The notes: generated by a model not told the origin, from the letters alone. Shown: positions 10,352 to 19,702, numbered from the stretch's first letter. The stretch is DNA of 64,000 bases from Candidatus Poriferihabitaceae bacterium (GCA_965203365.1 OZ241878.1:3398487-3462486); one strand, 5' to 3'. Made by a program: numbers and translations.

Positions 10352-10559
10352 CCCGTGTGGGTCAGGCCTCAAACCCTGCATTGATGCGGATTTGTAGCAG
10401 TTGATTAAAAAATGAATAGTTTTCAATATAATTATTTAAAATCAATAATATAAAATAGAAATTTCAAAAATTATCAGATGAATTACGGCTAATTTGTTTC
10501 TTGTGTGACAATGATGTGAAATTGTGCATAACTTTTTTGGGAGTAGTGACGAATTTGCA

Positions 10560-12653
10560 TTTAAACGGAACTTCACGGGCAAAAAAAGCAGTATCCTGAT
10601 CTCATCTGGCTGATTTTCATTGGTTTCTTGGTTTTTTGGCGGTCGTTCAATCTGTCATATTGATGGGAACACCTCGATCCGGCTTGACACCGAGCAGTTC
10701 GAAGGCCCGTTTCTGGACTGCCGTGGGCTGGGTGACCAGCGTCAGCCGACGATTGGCCGGGCCCCGCAGACGGACCTGATTCAAGGCTAGGCTGGCCAAG
10801 TCGTCGAGCAGGGTACGGAAGCTGTGGACGGGCAGGCCCTCGGCCGTGACCCGGGTCGCGGCCTTGGATTGGGCGGCCGGGGACGGCTGGGCCGGGGCGA
10901 CCGGCGTATCCCGGGCGGCCTGCGCCGCGGCCCGGTCATCGTCCTCGAACAGCATCGGAGCCAGACGTTGACGCAGGTGCCATTCCACATAGTAGGCCAG
11001 CATACAAAGGAAGATATGGGCACGGACCTGATCGGCGGAGTACACATGGATCGGGCGGATTCTCAGGTCGCTCTTCATACTCCGGAACGCCCGTTCCACC
11101 CCAGCGAGGCGCTTGTAGGCCTCCACCGCCTCGGCGGCTCCCAGCGTCTCGGCCTCCAGAGAGGTCCGGATGACATAGATGCCGTCGAGTCGTGCTTCGG
11201 CGATGATCCGTTCGGGGCGCTGGCGCCAGACCAAGCGGCGGTCGGTCACCTGGATCTCGAAATGCTTGGCGACCTGGTGACGGGGGATCTCCTGACCCAC
11301 CCGGCGTTCAATGGCCCCCACCCCCTTCAGCCGGCCAGACCGCACTGAGGCGGCGATCCGCTCCAGCGCCTTGGCCGTCGCCCTCAACCGAGCCTGGCGT
11401 TGGCGCCGCCGTTCGGTCTGCAGTCTCGGATTCAGGCAGACGATCAGGCGTTCTCCGGGGAAGTCCGGCCCCGTGACCTCGGCGATGGCATCGGGGATCA
11501 GGGTTTCCGGCACGAGCGGAGCCGGCTCACCCGGGGCACCGTGCTGGAGTAGTGGGCGGATATCCGGGGTCTTCAGCGCCGAGATCCAGTCCAGGCCCGC
11601 TGGCTCCAGGTCCTCGCGGATCCGAGCGGTGGTCAGCATCCGGCGATCTCCCACCCAAGCCAGGCGATGGATGCCAAAACGCCGACGGATCTTGTTGATT
11701 TGATGGACCACCGTTTTGGGGTCGGCCGGGTTTCCCGGAAAGACTTCGATGGCCACGGGACACCCGTCGGCGGCACACAGCAATCCATAGACGATCTGCC
11801 GTTTGCCCGCCTTTCCGTCACGATGGTCTCCGAATTCCGCCAGCGGGCAGTGGGTACCTTCCAGGTAGGAACTGCTCACATCGTAGAGAATGAGCGTTCC
11901 CCCCTGGAGATGCTGGCGGGCGAGATGGCGCTCAATCCCAGGCTGACGCGCCAGCAGCCAGTCGAGCATGCCCAGGACTTCGTTCCCACTCACCGCCCCC
12001 AGACCGAGCATCGCCCCGAGGCTGCTCGTCGCCGTCTGGGGTGACAGCTGTCGGGCGGTGGCCAGCTTGGAATCGGGCGACAGCACCCGGGCGACGATGG
12101 CGGCCAGGGCCAGCTGACGCTCACGACGGTCGTCGCGGTGCAGGCAGCGCTCCAGGCCCAGTGCTCGGGCCATGCCCAAGACCGCCGCGACATGCCCATG
12201 TCCCCAAGAGCGCTCCACCTGGATCAGTTGGTCGATGTCCCGGACGGCGACAGCACCTTTGAGCACCGCCCGAAACCCCTCGATGACTTCGGGCGGAAAC
12301 CGCGAGAGGTTGGCGACGGTCCGCTTGCGAATGCGGCGGCCCTCGCGCCAGGCTTCACGCAGGAGGATGGCGGGCTTGCCCGACCGATTGGGAACCGATT
12401 CGATATTGAAGGCCATGGCACCATCTAATTATGGGAACATAATGGATGGATAATAATCAAGTCGGTCTCAAGTGTCAATTCGTATAATAAAAATAAAACA
12501 ATTAGTTATTTAATTTCTATCGGATGCATTCCTCTGATTTTTCGAAATCTTTTCATGGGAACAAATATCCAGTTCGAAGAGTTTCAAAACCAGGTTTCCC
12601 TGTGTTATATCAAGGAGTTATGTGAAAATTCCCCACATGAAGTTCCGTTTAAA
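10560..12653 (-). mobile_element. IS1634-family (IS4-related) insertion sequence, apparently intact
   Basis: A 16-bp perfect terminal inverted repeat, TTTAAACGGAACTTCA, sits at 10560-10575 and as its reverse complement at 12638-12653. It brackets a single 589-aa transposase ORF. The outermost ends and any target duplication are not resolved. Confidence 0.75.
10647..12416 (-). CDS. IS1634-family DDE transposase
   Basis: 589 aa. The N-terminus (KPAILLREAWREGRRIRKRTVANLS) and the length fit IS1634/IS4-type transposases as I recall them. It is collinear with the degenerate copy at 48568-50332. Confidence 0.8.
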   Translation of the reverse strand: MAFNIESVPNRSGKPAILLREAWREGRRIRKRTVANLSRFPPEVIEGFRAVLKGAVAVRDIDQLIQVERSWGHGHVAAVLGMARALGLERCLHRDDRRERQLALAAIVARVLSPDSKLATARQLSPQTATSSLGAMLGLGAVSGNEVLGMLDWLLARQPGIERHLARQHLQGGTLILYDVSSSYLEGTHCPLAEFGDHRDGKAGKRQIVYGLLCAADGCPVAIEVFPGNPADPKTVVHQINKIRRRFGIHRLAWVGDRRMLTTARIREDLEPAGLDWISALKTPDIRPLLQHGAPGEPAPLVPETLIPDAIAEVTGPDFPGERLIVCLNPRLQTERRRQRQARLRATAKALERIAASVRSGRLKGVGAIERRVGQEIPRHQVAKHFEIQVTDRRLVWRQRPERIIAEARLDGIYVIRTSLEAETLGAAEAVEAYKRLAGVERAFRSMKSDLRIRPIHVYSADQVRAHIFLCMLAYYVEWHLRQRLAPMLFEDDDRAAAQAARDTPVAPAQPSPAAQSKAATRVTAEGLPVHSFRTLLDDLASLALNQVRLRGPANRRLTLVTQPTAVQKRAFELLGVKPDRGVPINMTD

Positions 12654-12722
12654 GGTGTTTCAGAATCAACCATTTAACGCATCAGGATCGGGGCCGGGAC
12701 CGGCGATGGCAGAATTTTCCAT

Positions 12723-13271
12723 TCAGGGCAGGTCGCTCATGAGCACCGGGAATCCGCCGGCTTTTCGATCACTGAGGTACCGTTCCAGCGTGACCCGCAC
12801 CACTGGAAAGGCGATTTTTCCCCAGGGAATCTCTTCTTCTCGGAATAGGCCCACTTCCAGGCTTTCGGCACCCACGCCGAATCCGTTTTCCCGCAGGAGG
12901 TGCCCGATAAACATGACATAGACTTGGCTGATCTTCGGGAGGTTGTAGATGCCATACAGCTCGAGGCGATCAACCGGAGCGCAAGCCTCCTCAAGGGTCT
13001 CCCTGATGGCGCCTTCCGGCAGGGTTTCGTGGTTTTCCATGAAGCCGGCCGGGATGGTCCAAAGGCCATAACGCGGGTCAATGGCCCGCCGACACAGTAA
13101 GATGCGATCCTGCCACACCGGCAGACATCCCGTGACAATCTTCGGGTTTTGATATTGAATCCGGCCACAGGAAGAGCAGACAGGCCGTTCACGATTGTCC
13201 CCCCGGGGAGTGATGAACTCAATCCGGTCACCACAGAGGTTGCAAAAGCGGATCAATCGGTCGAACGTCAT
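12723..13271 (-). CDS. NUDIX hydrolase with N-terminal zinc ribbon
   Basis: It has a CxxC...CxxC zinc ribbon (CNLCGD...CSSCGR) and a Nudix box (GFMENHETLPEGAIRETLEEA). The start at MTFDRL (13271) avoids overlap with ubiA. Confidence 0.8.
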   Translation of the reverse strand: MTFDRLIRFCNLCGDRIEFITPRGDNRERPVCSSCGRIQYQNPKIVTGCLPVWQDRILLCRRAIDPRYGLWTIPAGFMENHETLPEGAIRETLEEACAPVDRLELYGIYNLPKISQVYVMFIGHLLRENGFGVGAESLEVGLFREEEIPWGKIAFPVVRVTLERYLSDRKAGGFPVLMSDLP

Positions 13272-13326
13272 GGCGTGGTCACATCGATTCGCGAGGAAGG
13301 GGCTGCCCAGATCATTGTGAGGATTC

Positions 13327-14214
13327 CTATGCGGGGCCAAGGAGTCCGAGCACAATGCCTGCAAAGACCATGGCACCGAACCAGTTGTTGTTCAGGAATG
13401 CCTGGAAGCACCGGTCCGGGTCACGATGGCGGCAGAGGTATTGCTGATAAGCCGCGAAAGCGGCGGCGGACCACAGGCCAAGATCGAAGTGCCAGCCCAG
13501 ATGGCGTTGCTCGCCAATCACGGCCAGGATGGCCAAAGCTGTCAAGTGTAACGCACCCACGGCAAGATTGTCCCATTTCCCCAACCAGATGGCGGTGGAC
13601 TTGATGCCGATGAGCACATCATCTTTCCGGTCCGCCATGGCATATTGGGTGTCATAAGCCACGATCCAGGCGAAGTTGGCCAGAAAAAGCATCCAGGTTT
13701 CGGTGGAGAGACCTTCGTTCACCGCCGCATAAGCCATCGGGATCCCCCAAGAGAACGCGATGCCCAGCACGAACTGTGGCATGTGGCTGACGCGCTTGGT
13801 AAACGGATAGACGATAGCCACTAGTGCCCCCACCCAGGACAACCAGATCGTCAGGCGGTTCAACTGACACACCAGGACCAACGCCACAGTCAGCAGGACG
13901 GCAAAGGTTGCCAAGGCCTGCCAGGGTTGCAATTCTCCGGTGGCCAGCGGACGGTTTTGGGTGCGGGTGACGTGGCGATCGAACTCCCGATCCGCATAAT
14001 CATTGATTGCGCATCCGGCAGCGCGCATAACAAAGGTGCCGGCGACAAATATCACCACCACCGTCGGATCCGGCCGGCCATCTCCCGCCAGCCACAATGC
14101 CCACAGGGTCGGCCATAACAGCAGGAACGTTCCGATCGGACGGTCCATTCTGACCAGACGCAAATACGACCCGGCCACGAACCGGGACAGGGTGGGTCTG
14201 TCAGACATTGGCAT
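13327..14214 (-). CDS. ubiA: 4-hydroxybenzoate polyprenyltransferase
   Basis: It is polytopic, with the NDYADREFD aspartate-rich motif. The length and layout match UbiA. Confidence 0.9.
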   Translation of the reverse strand: MPMSDRPTLSRFVAGSYLRLVRMDRPIGTFLLLWPTLWALWLAGDGRPDPTVVVIFVAGTFVMRAAGCAINDYADREFDRHVTRTQNRPLATGELQPWQALATFAVLLTVALVLVCQLNRLTIWLSWVGALVAIVYPFTKRVSHMPQFVLGIAFSWGIPMAYAAVNEGLSTETWMLFLANFAWIVAYDTQYAMADRKDDVLIGIKSTAIWLGKWDNLAVGALHLTALAILAVIGEQRHLGWHFDLGLWSAAAFAAYQQYLCRHRDPDRCFQAFLNNNWFGAMVFAGIVLGLLGPA

Positions 14215-16318
14215 AGCTCTCCGGATGAGGAATCCACCGTTGGGTCAGAACCGTGATGGCGTCTGGGCCATGCCGGGAGAGATCGTCCGCCAGTCGTTGA
14301 GCCTTGGGAAACAGCGCACGATCTCGCCACGAGTCGGCGATTCGCATCTGTTGCAATCCCGTTTGTCGCGTGCCCAGGATGTCGCCCGGTCCACGTTGTT
14401 CCAGGTCTTTTTGCGCAATGGTGAATCCATCATGACTGTGCCTGAGCAGGGCCAGCCGTTCTTTGGCTGCTTGGCCCAAGGGAGGATGGTAGAGCAACAC
14501 GCAGTTGGAGGGCTTTGCGCCCCTGCCCACTCGCCCACGCAACTGGTGCAACTGGGCCAGCCCCAGACGCTCGGCGTTCTCAATCACCATCAGGCTGGCG
14601 TTCGGTACATCCAGACCGACCTCAATGACCGTGGTTGCCACCAGCAGATCATAGGTTCGGTCACGGAATGCCTGCATGATCCGGTCTTTTTCAGGGGGTT
14701 TGAGCCGTCCGTGGACCAGACCGACCCGCAAGCCGGACAGTTGTGATTGCAGCAAGGTGCAGGTTTCCGTGGCGGCTTGAGCCTGAAGCTTTTCCGATTC
14801 CTGAATCAGTGGGCAGACCCAGTAGACCTGCTGGCCGTCGGCGCAGACGGTGTGGATCCGATGCATCAGTTCTTCCCGGCGTGTATCGGGCATCACCACG
14901 GTATTGACTGCCTGTCGTCCGGGGGGTAACTCGTCGATGTTGGAGACGTCACAATCTGCCAGAAAGATCATGGCCAGAGAGCGCGGAATCGGTGTGGCAC
15001 TCATGATCAACTGATGTGGGGCGATTGAGTCCCGCTCCCCCTTGTTCCGCAAAGCCAGCCGCTGGTCCACTCCAAATCGGTGCTGTTCGTCGACAATGAT
15101 CAGACCCAGCCGGTGGAAATCCACCTGATCCTGGAACAAGGCATGAGTGCCGACCACCATGGCGGTTTCGCCGGTCGAAATGGCACTCAGGGTGCGGCGC
15201 CTCTGGGCGGCGGGCATCTTGCCCACCAACCAAGCCACATTGAGGTGAATGGACTGGAACCAACCGGTGAAATTGTCGCGATGCTGTTCTGCCAGCAATT
15301 CGGTCGGTGCCATCAGGGCCACCTGATAGCCCGCATCGATTGCATGCAATGCCGCCGCGGCCGCTACGACCGTCTTTCCCGAACCCACATCGCCTTGGAT
15401 CAGCCGGAGGGTCGGCCGAGTTTGGTTCAGGTCCGCGACGATGTCCCGGATCACCCGCTGCTGTGCACCCGTGAGAGAAAATCCCAACTGGGATTCCAAT
15501 TCTCTCCAAGAGGGGGAACCCTTGCCACACTTCGGTGCCAACTGGGCATGTCGTTGCTGCTTGACCTGAAGCAGGGTAAGTCGATGAGCGGTCAGTTCCT
15601 CCAGTGCCAGACGCTTTTGCATGGGATGACAGCCAGCGATGAGGGCGGCCATATCGGCATCCGGTGGGGGTCGGTGCAGATAGCGGATAGCCTCCCAAGT
15701 GCTCGAAAGGCCATGTCTTTTGCGCACTTCGGTGGGGATCGGTTCTTCACGAGACCAGTCGTCCAAGGTCAGTGCTTGCGCGACCAGTTCACGAATCTTG
15801 TTCGCTCCGATCCCTTCGGTCGTCGGATAGACCGGAGTCAGGGCATCTTGAATCGGGGCTTGGGGAGGGTCTTGGCTGATGCGATACTCAGGATGAATCA
15901 TCTCCAGCCGGTCAGGACCCGAACGCACTTCGCCGAAGCACCAGATCCAATATCCACGGATGAAGCTTTTCTGCTGGCGGAGGCTGAAATGGAAAAAGCG
16001 CAAAGTCAGCATGCCGGTTTGATCCATGACCTGCACCAGGAGACTCCGACGACGTCCCACGTGCACATCCGCCAGGGAGATCCTGGCTACCACGAGAGCA
16101 TCGTTTCCCCGCTGCAACCCCCCGATGGGCGATATTCGGGTGCGGTCCTGATATCGAAGCGGTAGATGAAACAGCAGATCACGGGGTTCCCGGATCCCCA
16201 GGCGTTCAAGACGGGCGGCCTGGTGGGGCCCGATGCCTTTCAGCGATGTGAGGGCGTGTGGTTGCAGTAATTTTGCCCGCTCATGACGGGTCCAGTTCCA
16301 AAATCGCCTCGATCTCAA
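14201..16318 (-). CDS. recG: ATP-dependent DNA helicase RecG
   Basis: 705 aa with Walker A GDVGSGKT, DEQHRFG and a helicase C domain. The start is uncertain, because the annotated start overlaps ridA by 38 nt. Confidence 0.93.
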   Translation of the reverse strand: MRSRRFWNWTRHERAKLLQPHALTSLKGIGPHQAARLERLGIREPRDLLFHLPLRYQDRTRISPIGGLQRGNDALVVARISLADVHVGRRRSLLVQVMDQTGMLTLRFFHFSLRQQKSFIRGYWIWCFGEVRSGPDRLEMIHPEYRISQDPPQAPIQDALTPVYPTTEGIGANKIRELVAQALTLDDWSREEPIPTEVRKRHGLSSTWEAIRYLHRPPPDADMAALIAGCHPMQKRLALEELTAHRLTLLQVKQQRHAQLAPKCGKGSPSWRELESQLGFSLTGAQQRVIRDIVADLNQTRPTLRLIQGDVGSGKTVVAAAAALHAIDAGYQVALMAPTELLAEQHRDNFTGWFQSIHLNVAWLVGKMPAAQRRRTLSAISTGETAMVVGTHALFQDQVDFHRLGLIIVDEQHRFGVDQRLALRNKGERDSIAPHQLIMSATPIPRSLAMIFLADCDVSNIDELPPGRQAVNTVVMPDTRREELMHRIHTVCADGQQVYWVCPLIQESEKLQAQAATETCTLLQSQLSGLRVGLVHGRLKPPEKDRIMQAFRDRTYDLLVATTVIEVGLDVPNASLMVIENAERLGLAQLHQLRGRVGRGAKPSNCVLLYHPPLGQAAKERLALLRHSHDGFTIAQKDLEQRGPGDILGTRQTGLQQMRIADSWRDRALFPKAQRLADDLSRHGPDAITVLTQRWIPHPESYANV

Positions 16319-16673
16319 TCGGCACGCCCTTGGGCAATGAGGCCACGCCGATGGCCGCTCTGGCGGGATAGGGTGACGAGAAGTATTCTGCCATCACCGT
16401 GTTGACCATGGTGAAATTGGCCAGATCGGTTAGATAAACATTGATTTTCACGGCATTGTCCAAGGTTCCGCCGGCGGCCTGTGCGACTGCTTGGAGATTG
16501 CTGAACACGCGTCTGGCCGCTGCTTCAAACGTATCCATATCCGTTTCCATGGTGGAGGGATGCAATGGAATCTGTCCAGAAATGTAGACCGTGCTTCCTG
16601 TCTGGACTGCCTGGGAGTAGGGACCGATGGCGCTGGGGGCTTTATCGGTGTGGACAATTTTGCGTTGGGTCAT
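16281..16673 (-). CDS. ridA: RidA/YjgF-family reactive-intermediate deaminase
   Basis: 130 aa. The N-terminus APSAIGPYSQAV...YISGQIP and the C-terminal PARAAIGVASLPKGV..EIEAI are typical of RidA. Confidence 0.9.
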   Translation of the reverse strand: MTQRKIVHTDKAPSAIGPYSQAVQTGSTVYISGQIPLHPSTMETDMDTFEAAARRVFSNLQAVAQAAGGTLDNAVKINVYLTDLANFTMVNTVMAEYFSSPYPARAAIGVASLPKGVPIEIEAILELDPS

Positions 16674-17284
16674 GTGATGAGGTCGCCTCCCATGTGCCAG
16701 ACGATGCTTTCATTTCGATGGCCACTGGCCAAGACCGGGGATTCGGTTTGATCATGGCCTGCGCCGGGGGCTGAGAGTTCGTCTCTTGATGGCCATCTAT
16801 TCATGGGTGAACTGTATGGACAACTGAAGCGGATTTCAAGAGGAGAACATGGGGGAATTCGTTCGGATGGGAAATCAGATCCAGGGGCACTTCGAGGGAT
16901 TGGAAAGCCGGATTGGTGTGTCCCATCGGAGCACCACCAGCGAATGGGGCGGCTGGCTTCGAGCACGAAGCAGATACTGGCTCGCTCATTCTGGCCCACT
17001 ATCAGATTGTGCTGGTATGCCATTCCGATTCTACATTGTGGGCAACTTGCTACAATGTGGCGCTCGTTCACCGTGAAAGCGGCGTTTGAGGTCAACTTCG
17101 GGGGTGTCCATGGAGAGGATAATGCGAGTAGCGATGGCCCGGTCACCGGCACCATCACGGAGTTTATGTCCGGCCGTGAGAGCCTGCCTTGGTCGGCCTG
17201 ATGATCGGCGTCAAGGAGTAGCCGATGCGCCCCGGGGTGTCGGCCACGCTCGAGTCCGCCCCGGATCCGGGGCTTGCATTTTCA

Positions 17285-17302
17285 GGGGGGGGGGGGGGGG
17301 GG
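17285..17302. repeat. Homopolymeric G18 tract 40 nt upstream of the RTX-protein start codon
   Basis: Counted directly: 18 consecutive G. Confidence 0.95.
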
Positions 17303-17342
17303 TAGAGTCGGAGTCACAGTTAACCAGGTCGGAGGAGAATGA

Positions 17343-19457
17343 ATGATGACGGTTGAAGACATCACGCTGCGCGGCGGTGAGGCGGCCGATACCCTGACGG
17401 GTGGCGACGGGAATGACACCCTGTATGGCGGGGCGGGGGGCGACACGCTTGATGGCTGGTCCGGCGATGACACGCTGTACGGCGAGGGGGGCAACGACAC
17501 CCTGTATGGCGGCGACGGTCACGACACGCTTAACGGGGGGGCGGGTGTCGACACGCTGTGGGGTGGGCGTGGTGACGATGTCCTGAAGGGGGGTCGGGGA
17601 GCCGACTGGATGAATGGCGGTCTCGGTGCGGACACTTTTGTGTTTGCGGTCGGGGACGGGCAGGACACCGTGGCCGACTTCGGGGAGGGCGATCTCATGG
17701 AGATCACCGGGGTGGTCGGCGGGTTTGCGGGGCTGGTGATTGAGCAGGATGGGGCCCAGGCTGTCATCCGCTACGGCGAGGGCGACACGATTCGGCTGTC
17801 GGGCGTGTCGGTCGACGCGCTGACTCCGGACCGGTTCCGGTTTCCGGCCGCCGGAGACGAAGACGAGGGCGGAGACGAGGATGACGATACTCCGAATGGG
17901 GAGGGGGGTTCCGTGCGCGAGTCGGTGACTGGGGTGGGCGGTACCGGGTCTGAGCTGGCCGCACAGCAGGCCGCTGGAGTGACGCGCAAGGGCAGCAAGG
18001 GAGACGATACGCTCGACGGGGGCGATGGAGACGATACGCTGAAAGGGGGCAAGGGGGCCGACACGCTGACGGGGCGCGACGGCCACGATACCCTGAAGGG
18101 GGGCCATGGGGCCGATACGCTGACGGGGGGTCGGGGCGACGACAAGCTGACGGGGGGGCGGGGGGCGGACACCTTCGTGTTTGCGGTGGGTGATGGTCAC
18201 GACACCATTGTGGATTTTGGCAAGGGCGACACGATTCGCCTGGATGGGGTGACTGGCGGGTTTGCGGGGCTCGACATCCGGCAGGACGGCGCCGACACGG
18301 TCGTCCGCTACGGCGACGGCGGCGACAGCATCCGGCTCAAGGGGGTGGCGGCGGACTCGCTGGATAAAGACGACTTCGCGCTACCGGCGGAGACCCGGTC
18401 CGATGACACGCAATTGCAGCGGACCGAGTCGGATGAAAGCGCTGACCCGACGCCCCCAGACGGCGTCACCTTGAGGGGTGGGGACGGCAACGACTATCTC
18501 TACGGCGGCGGCGGCAACGACTATCTCTACGGCGGCGGCGGCAACGACTATCTCTACGGCGGCAACGAAGAGGGCGACGGCGACGATGGTGATGACACCC
18601 TCTATGGCGATGATGGTGACGACTATCTGTGGGGCGGCAACCGAGAGGGCGACGGCGACGATGGTGATGACACCCTCTATGGCGGTGATGGTGACGACTA
18701 TCTCTACGGCGGCAACGAAGAGGGCGACGGCGACGATGGTGATGACACCCTCTATGGCGATGATGGTGACGACTATCTGTGGGGCGGCAACCGAGAGGGC
18801 GACGGCGACGATGGTGATGACACCCTCTATGGCGGTGATGGTGACGACTATCTGTGGGGCGGCAACCGAGAGGGCGACGGCGACGATGGTGATGACACCC
18901 TCTATGGCGATGATGGTGACGACTATCTGTGGGGCGGCAACCGAGAGGGCGACGACATCGAAGAATACCTTTCCGGCCGCAAACGCTACGGTGATGGTGA
19001 CGATGGTGCCGACACCCTCTACGGCGGTGGCGGCAACGACTACCTCTTGGGCGGCGGCGGCAACGACACCCTCGAAGGCGGGAAAGGTGCCGACGATCTC
19101 TGGGGCGGTGCCGGAGCCGACCGATTCGTGTTCGACCGGGAAGACTCCGCCCCCGACGGCATGACCACCCGCGAATCCTACTGGGATGTCACCCGCACCG
19201 ATACCGGGTATACCATGGTCCTGAGAGCCACTCCCAAGCAAGTCGAGGTCCATGAACGTCGACAAGATATCATCCACGACTTCGAGGACGGGCAGGACCT
19301 CCTCGTCATCAAGGGCGGCCTGACGTTCTCCGACTTCGACATCAAGCAGGACGGTGACGACACCGTAGTCAGCGGTCCAGCCGATAACTTCTCAATCAGG
19401 ATCAAGGACCTCGATGCCTCGCTGTTGACCGCGGCCGATTTCGACTTCATCGCCTGA
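17343..19457 (+). CDS. RTX-type (haemolysin-type) calcium-binding repeat protein
   Basis: 704 aa with many GGxGxD nonapeptides ([19 protein letters not shown]...). The SD-like GGAGGAG sits upstream. The acidic/hydrophobic C-terminus (DFDFIA) resembles type I secretion substrates. Confidence 0.85.
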   Translation: MMTVEDITLRGGEAADTLTGGDGNDTLYGGAGGDTLDGWSGDDTLYGEGGNDTLYGGDGHDTLNGGAGVDTLWGGRGDDVLKGGRGADWMNGGLGADTFVFAVGDGQDTVADFGEGDLMEITGVVGGFAGLVIEQDGAQAVIRYGEGDTIRLSGVSVDALTPDRFRFPAAGDEDEGGDEDDDTPNGEGGSVRESVTGVGGTGSELAAQQAAGVTRKGSKGDDTLDGGDGDDTLKGGKGADTLTGRDGHDTLKGGHGADTLTGGRGDDKLTGGRGADTFVFAVGDGHDTIVDFGKGDTIRLDGVTGGFAGLDIRQDGADTVVRYGDGGDSIRLKGVAADSLDKDDFALPAETRSDDTQLQRTESDESADPTPPDGVTLRGGDGNDYLYGGGGNDYLYGGGGNDYLYGGNEEGDGDDGDDTLYGDDGDDYLWGGNREGDGDDGDDTLYGGDGDDYLYGGNEEGDGDDGDDTLYGDDGDDYLWGGNREGDGDDGDDTLYGGDGDDYLWGGNREGDGDDGDDTLYGDDGDDYLWGGNREGDDIEEYLSGRKRYGDGDDGADTLYGGGGNDYLLGGGGNDTLEGGKGADDLWGGAGADRFVFDREDSAPDGMTTRESYWDVTRTDTGYTMVLRATPKQVEVHERRQDIIHDFEDGQDLLVIKGGLTFSDFDIKQDGDDTVVSGPADNFSIRIKDLDASLLTAADFDFIA
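18481..18953. repeat. Intragenic tandem repeats: 3 x 27 bp, then about 5.3 x 75 bp (150-bp super-period), near-perfect at DNA level
   Basis: Identical 60-nt stretches recur at 150-bp offsets; the run TCTATGGCGATGATGGTGACGACTATCTGT begins at 18601, 18751 and 18901. The protein unit is GGN(E/R)[13 protein letters not shown](D/G)DGDDYL(W/Y). Confidence 0.9.
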
Positions 19458-19702
19458 CCGCAAGGAGGGCATGGTCTGACGGGGGAACCCCGCCCTGTCG
19501 GCATGGGTACCAGGAGCCGACCCGCGCTCCGACCTCGGCCGGCCATTTACGGACCGGGTCCGAGGTCTTTCCCAGCGTTACGGAAAATGTTGGGACGAGA
19601 ACGGGATGTCGTTGCCACCGGCTGGCTGGGCCCATACGGGGGTTGAATGGTGTTATGATGCAGGTGGGATTTTCCCGGCTGGCACAGGCAGGAGGAGGCA
19701 TC

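Noticed and set aside
10303-10559. Calling the DnaA-box/AT-rich region the chromosomal origin (oriC).
   Set aside because: There are only four boxes and no recognisable 13-mer/GATC pattern. The usual flanking genes (dnaA, gidA, rpmH etc.) are absent. Strand orientation of highly expressed genes to the left does not fit divergence from this point. I keep it as a candidate DnaA-binding regulatory site only.
14949-16165. Large antisense ORFs opposite recG here (15080-16165 + and 14949-15698 -). Similar ones occur elsewhere: 36472-37824 +, 38046-39035 + and 39513-40808 + opposite the ABC/ybbP genes, 42122-42943 - opposite surE, and 44787-45938 - opposite the dcyD-like gene.
   Set aside because: Each overlaps a gene with strong family motifs on the other strand. 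High GC suppresses stop codons in non-coding frames. None shows a recognisable domain.
16674-17284. Several 60-160-aa ORFs on both strands in the ridA-RTX intergenic region (for example 16670-17158 -, 16803-17201 +).
   Set aside because: They overlap one another, lack recognisable motifs and ribosome-binding sites, and do not show the strong GC3 bias of real genes here. The 600-bp region stays unassigned; it may hold regulatory RNA or a promoter for the RTX gene.
18481-18953. Regularly spaced near-identical repeats that might suggest a CRISPR array.
   Set aside because: The repeats are contiguous, with no unique spacers. They are in frame and encode RTX-like peptide units inside a 704-aa ORF. 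I found no repeat-spacer structure anywhere in the 64 kb.
17211-19277. Long minus-strand ORFs (17211-18200, 329 aa; 18381-19277, 298 aa; others) opposite the RTX-protein gene.
   Set aside because: They lie antisense to a gene with clear RTX motifs. Their translations are low-complexity (Pro/Arg/Val/Ala runs) generated by the complement of GGxGxD codons. They are typical shadow ORFs of GC-rich repeats.
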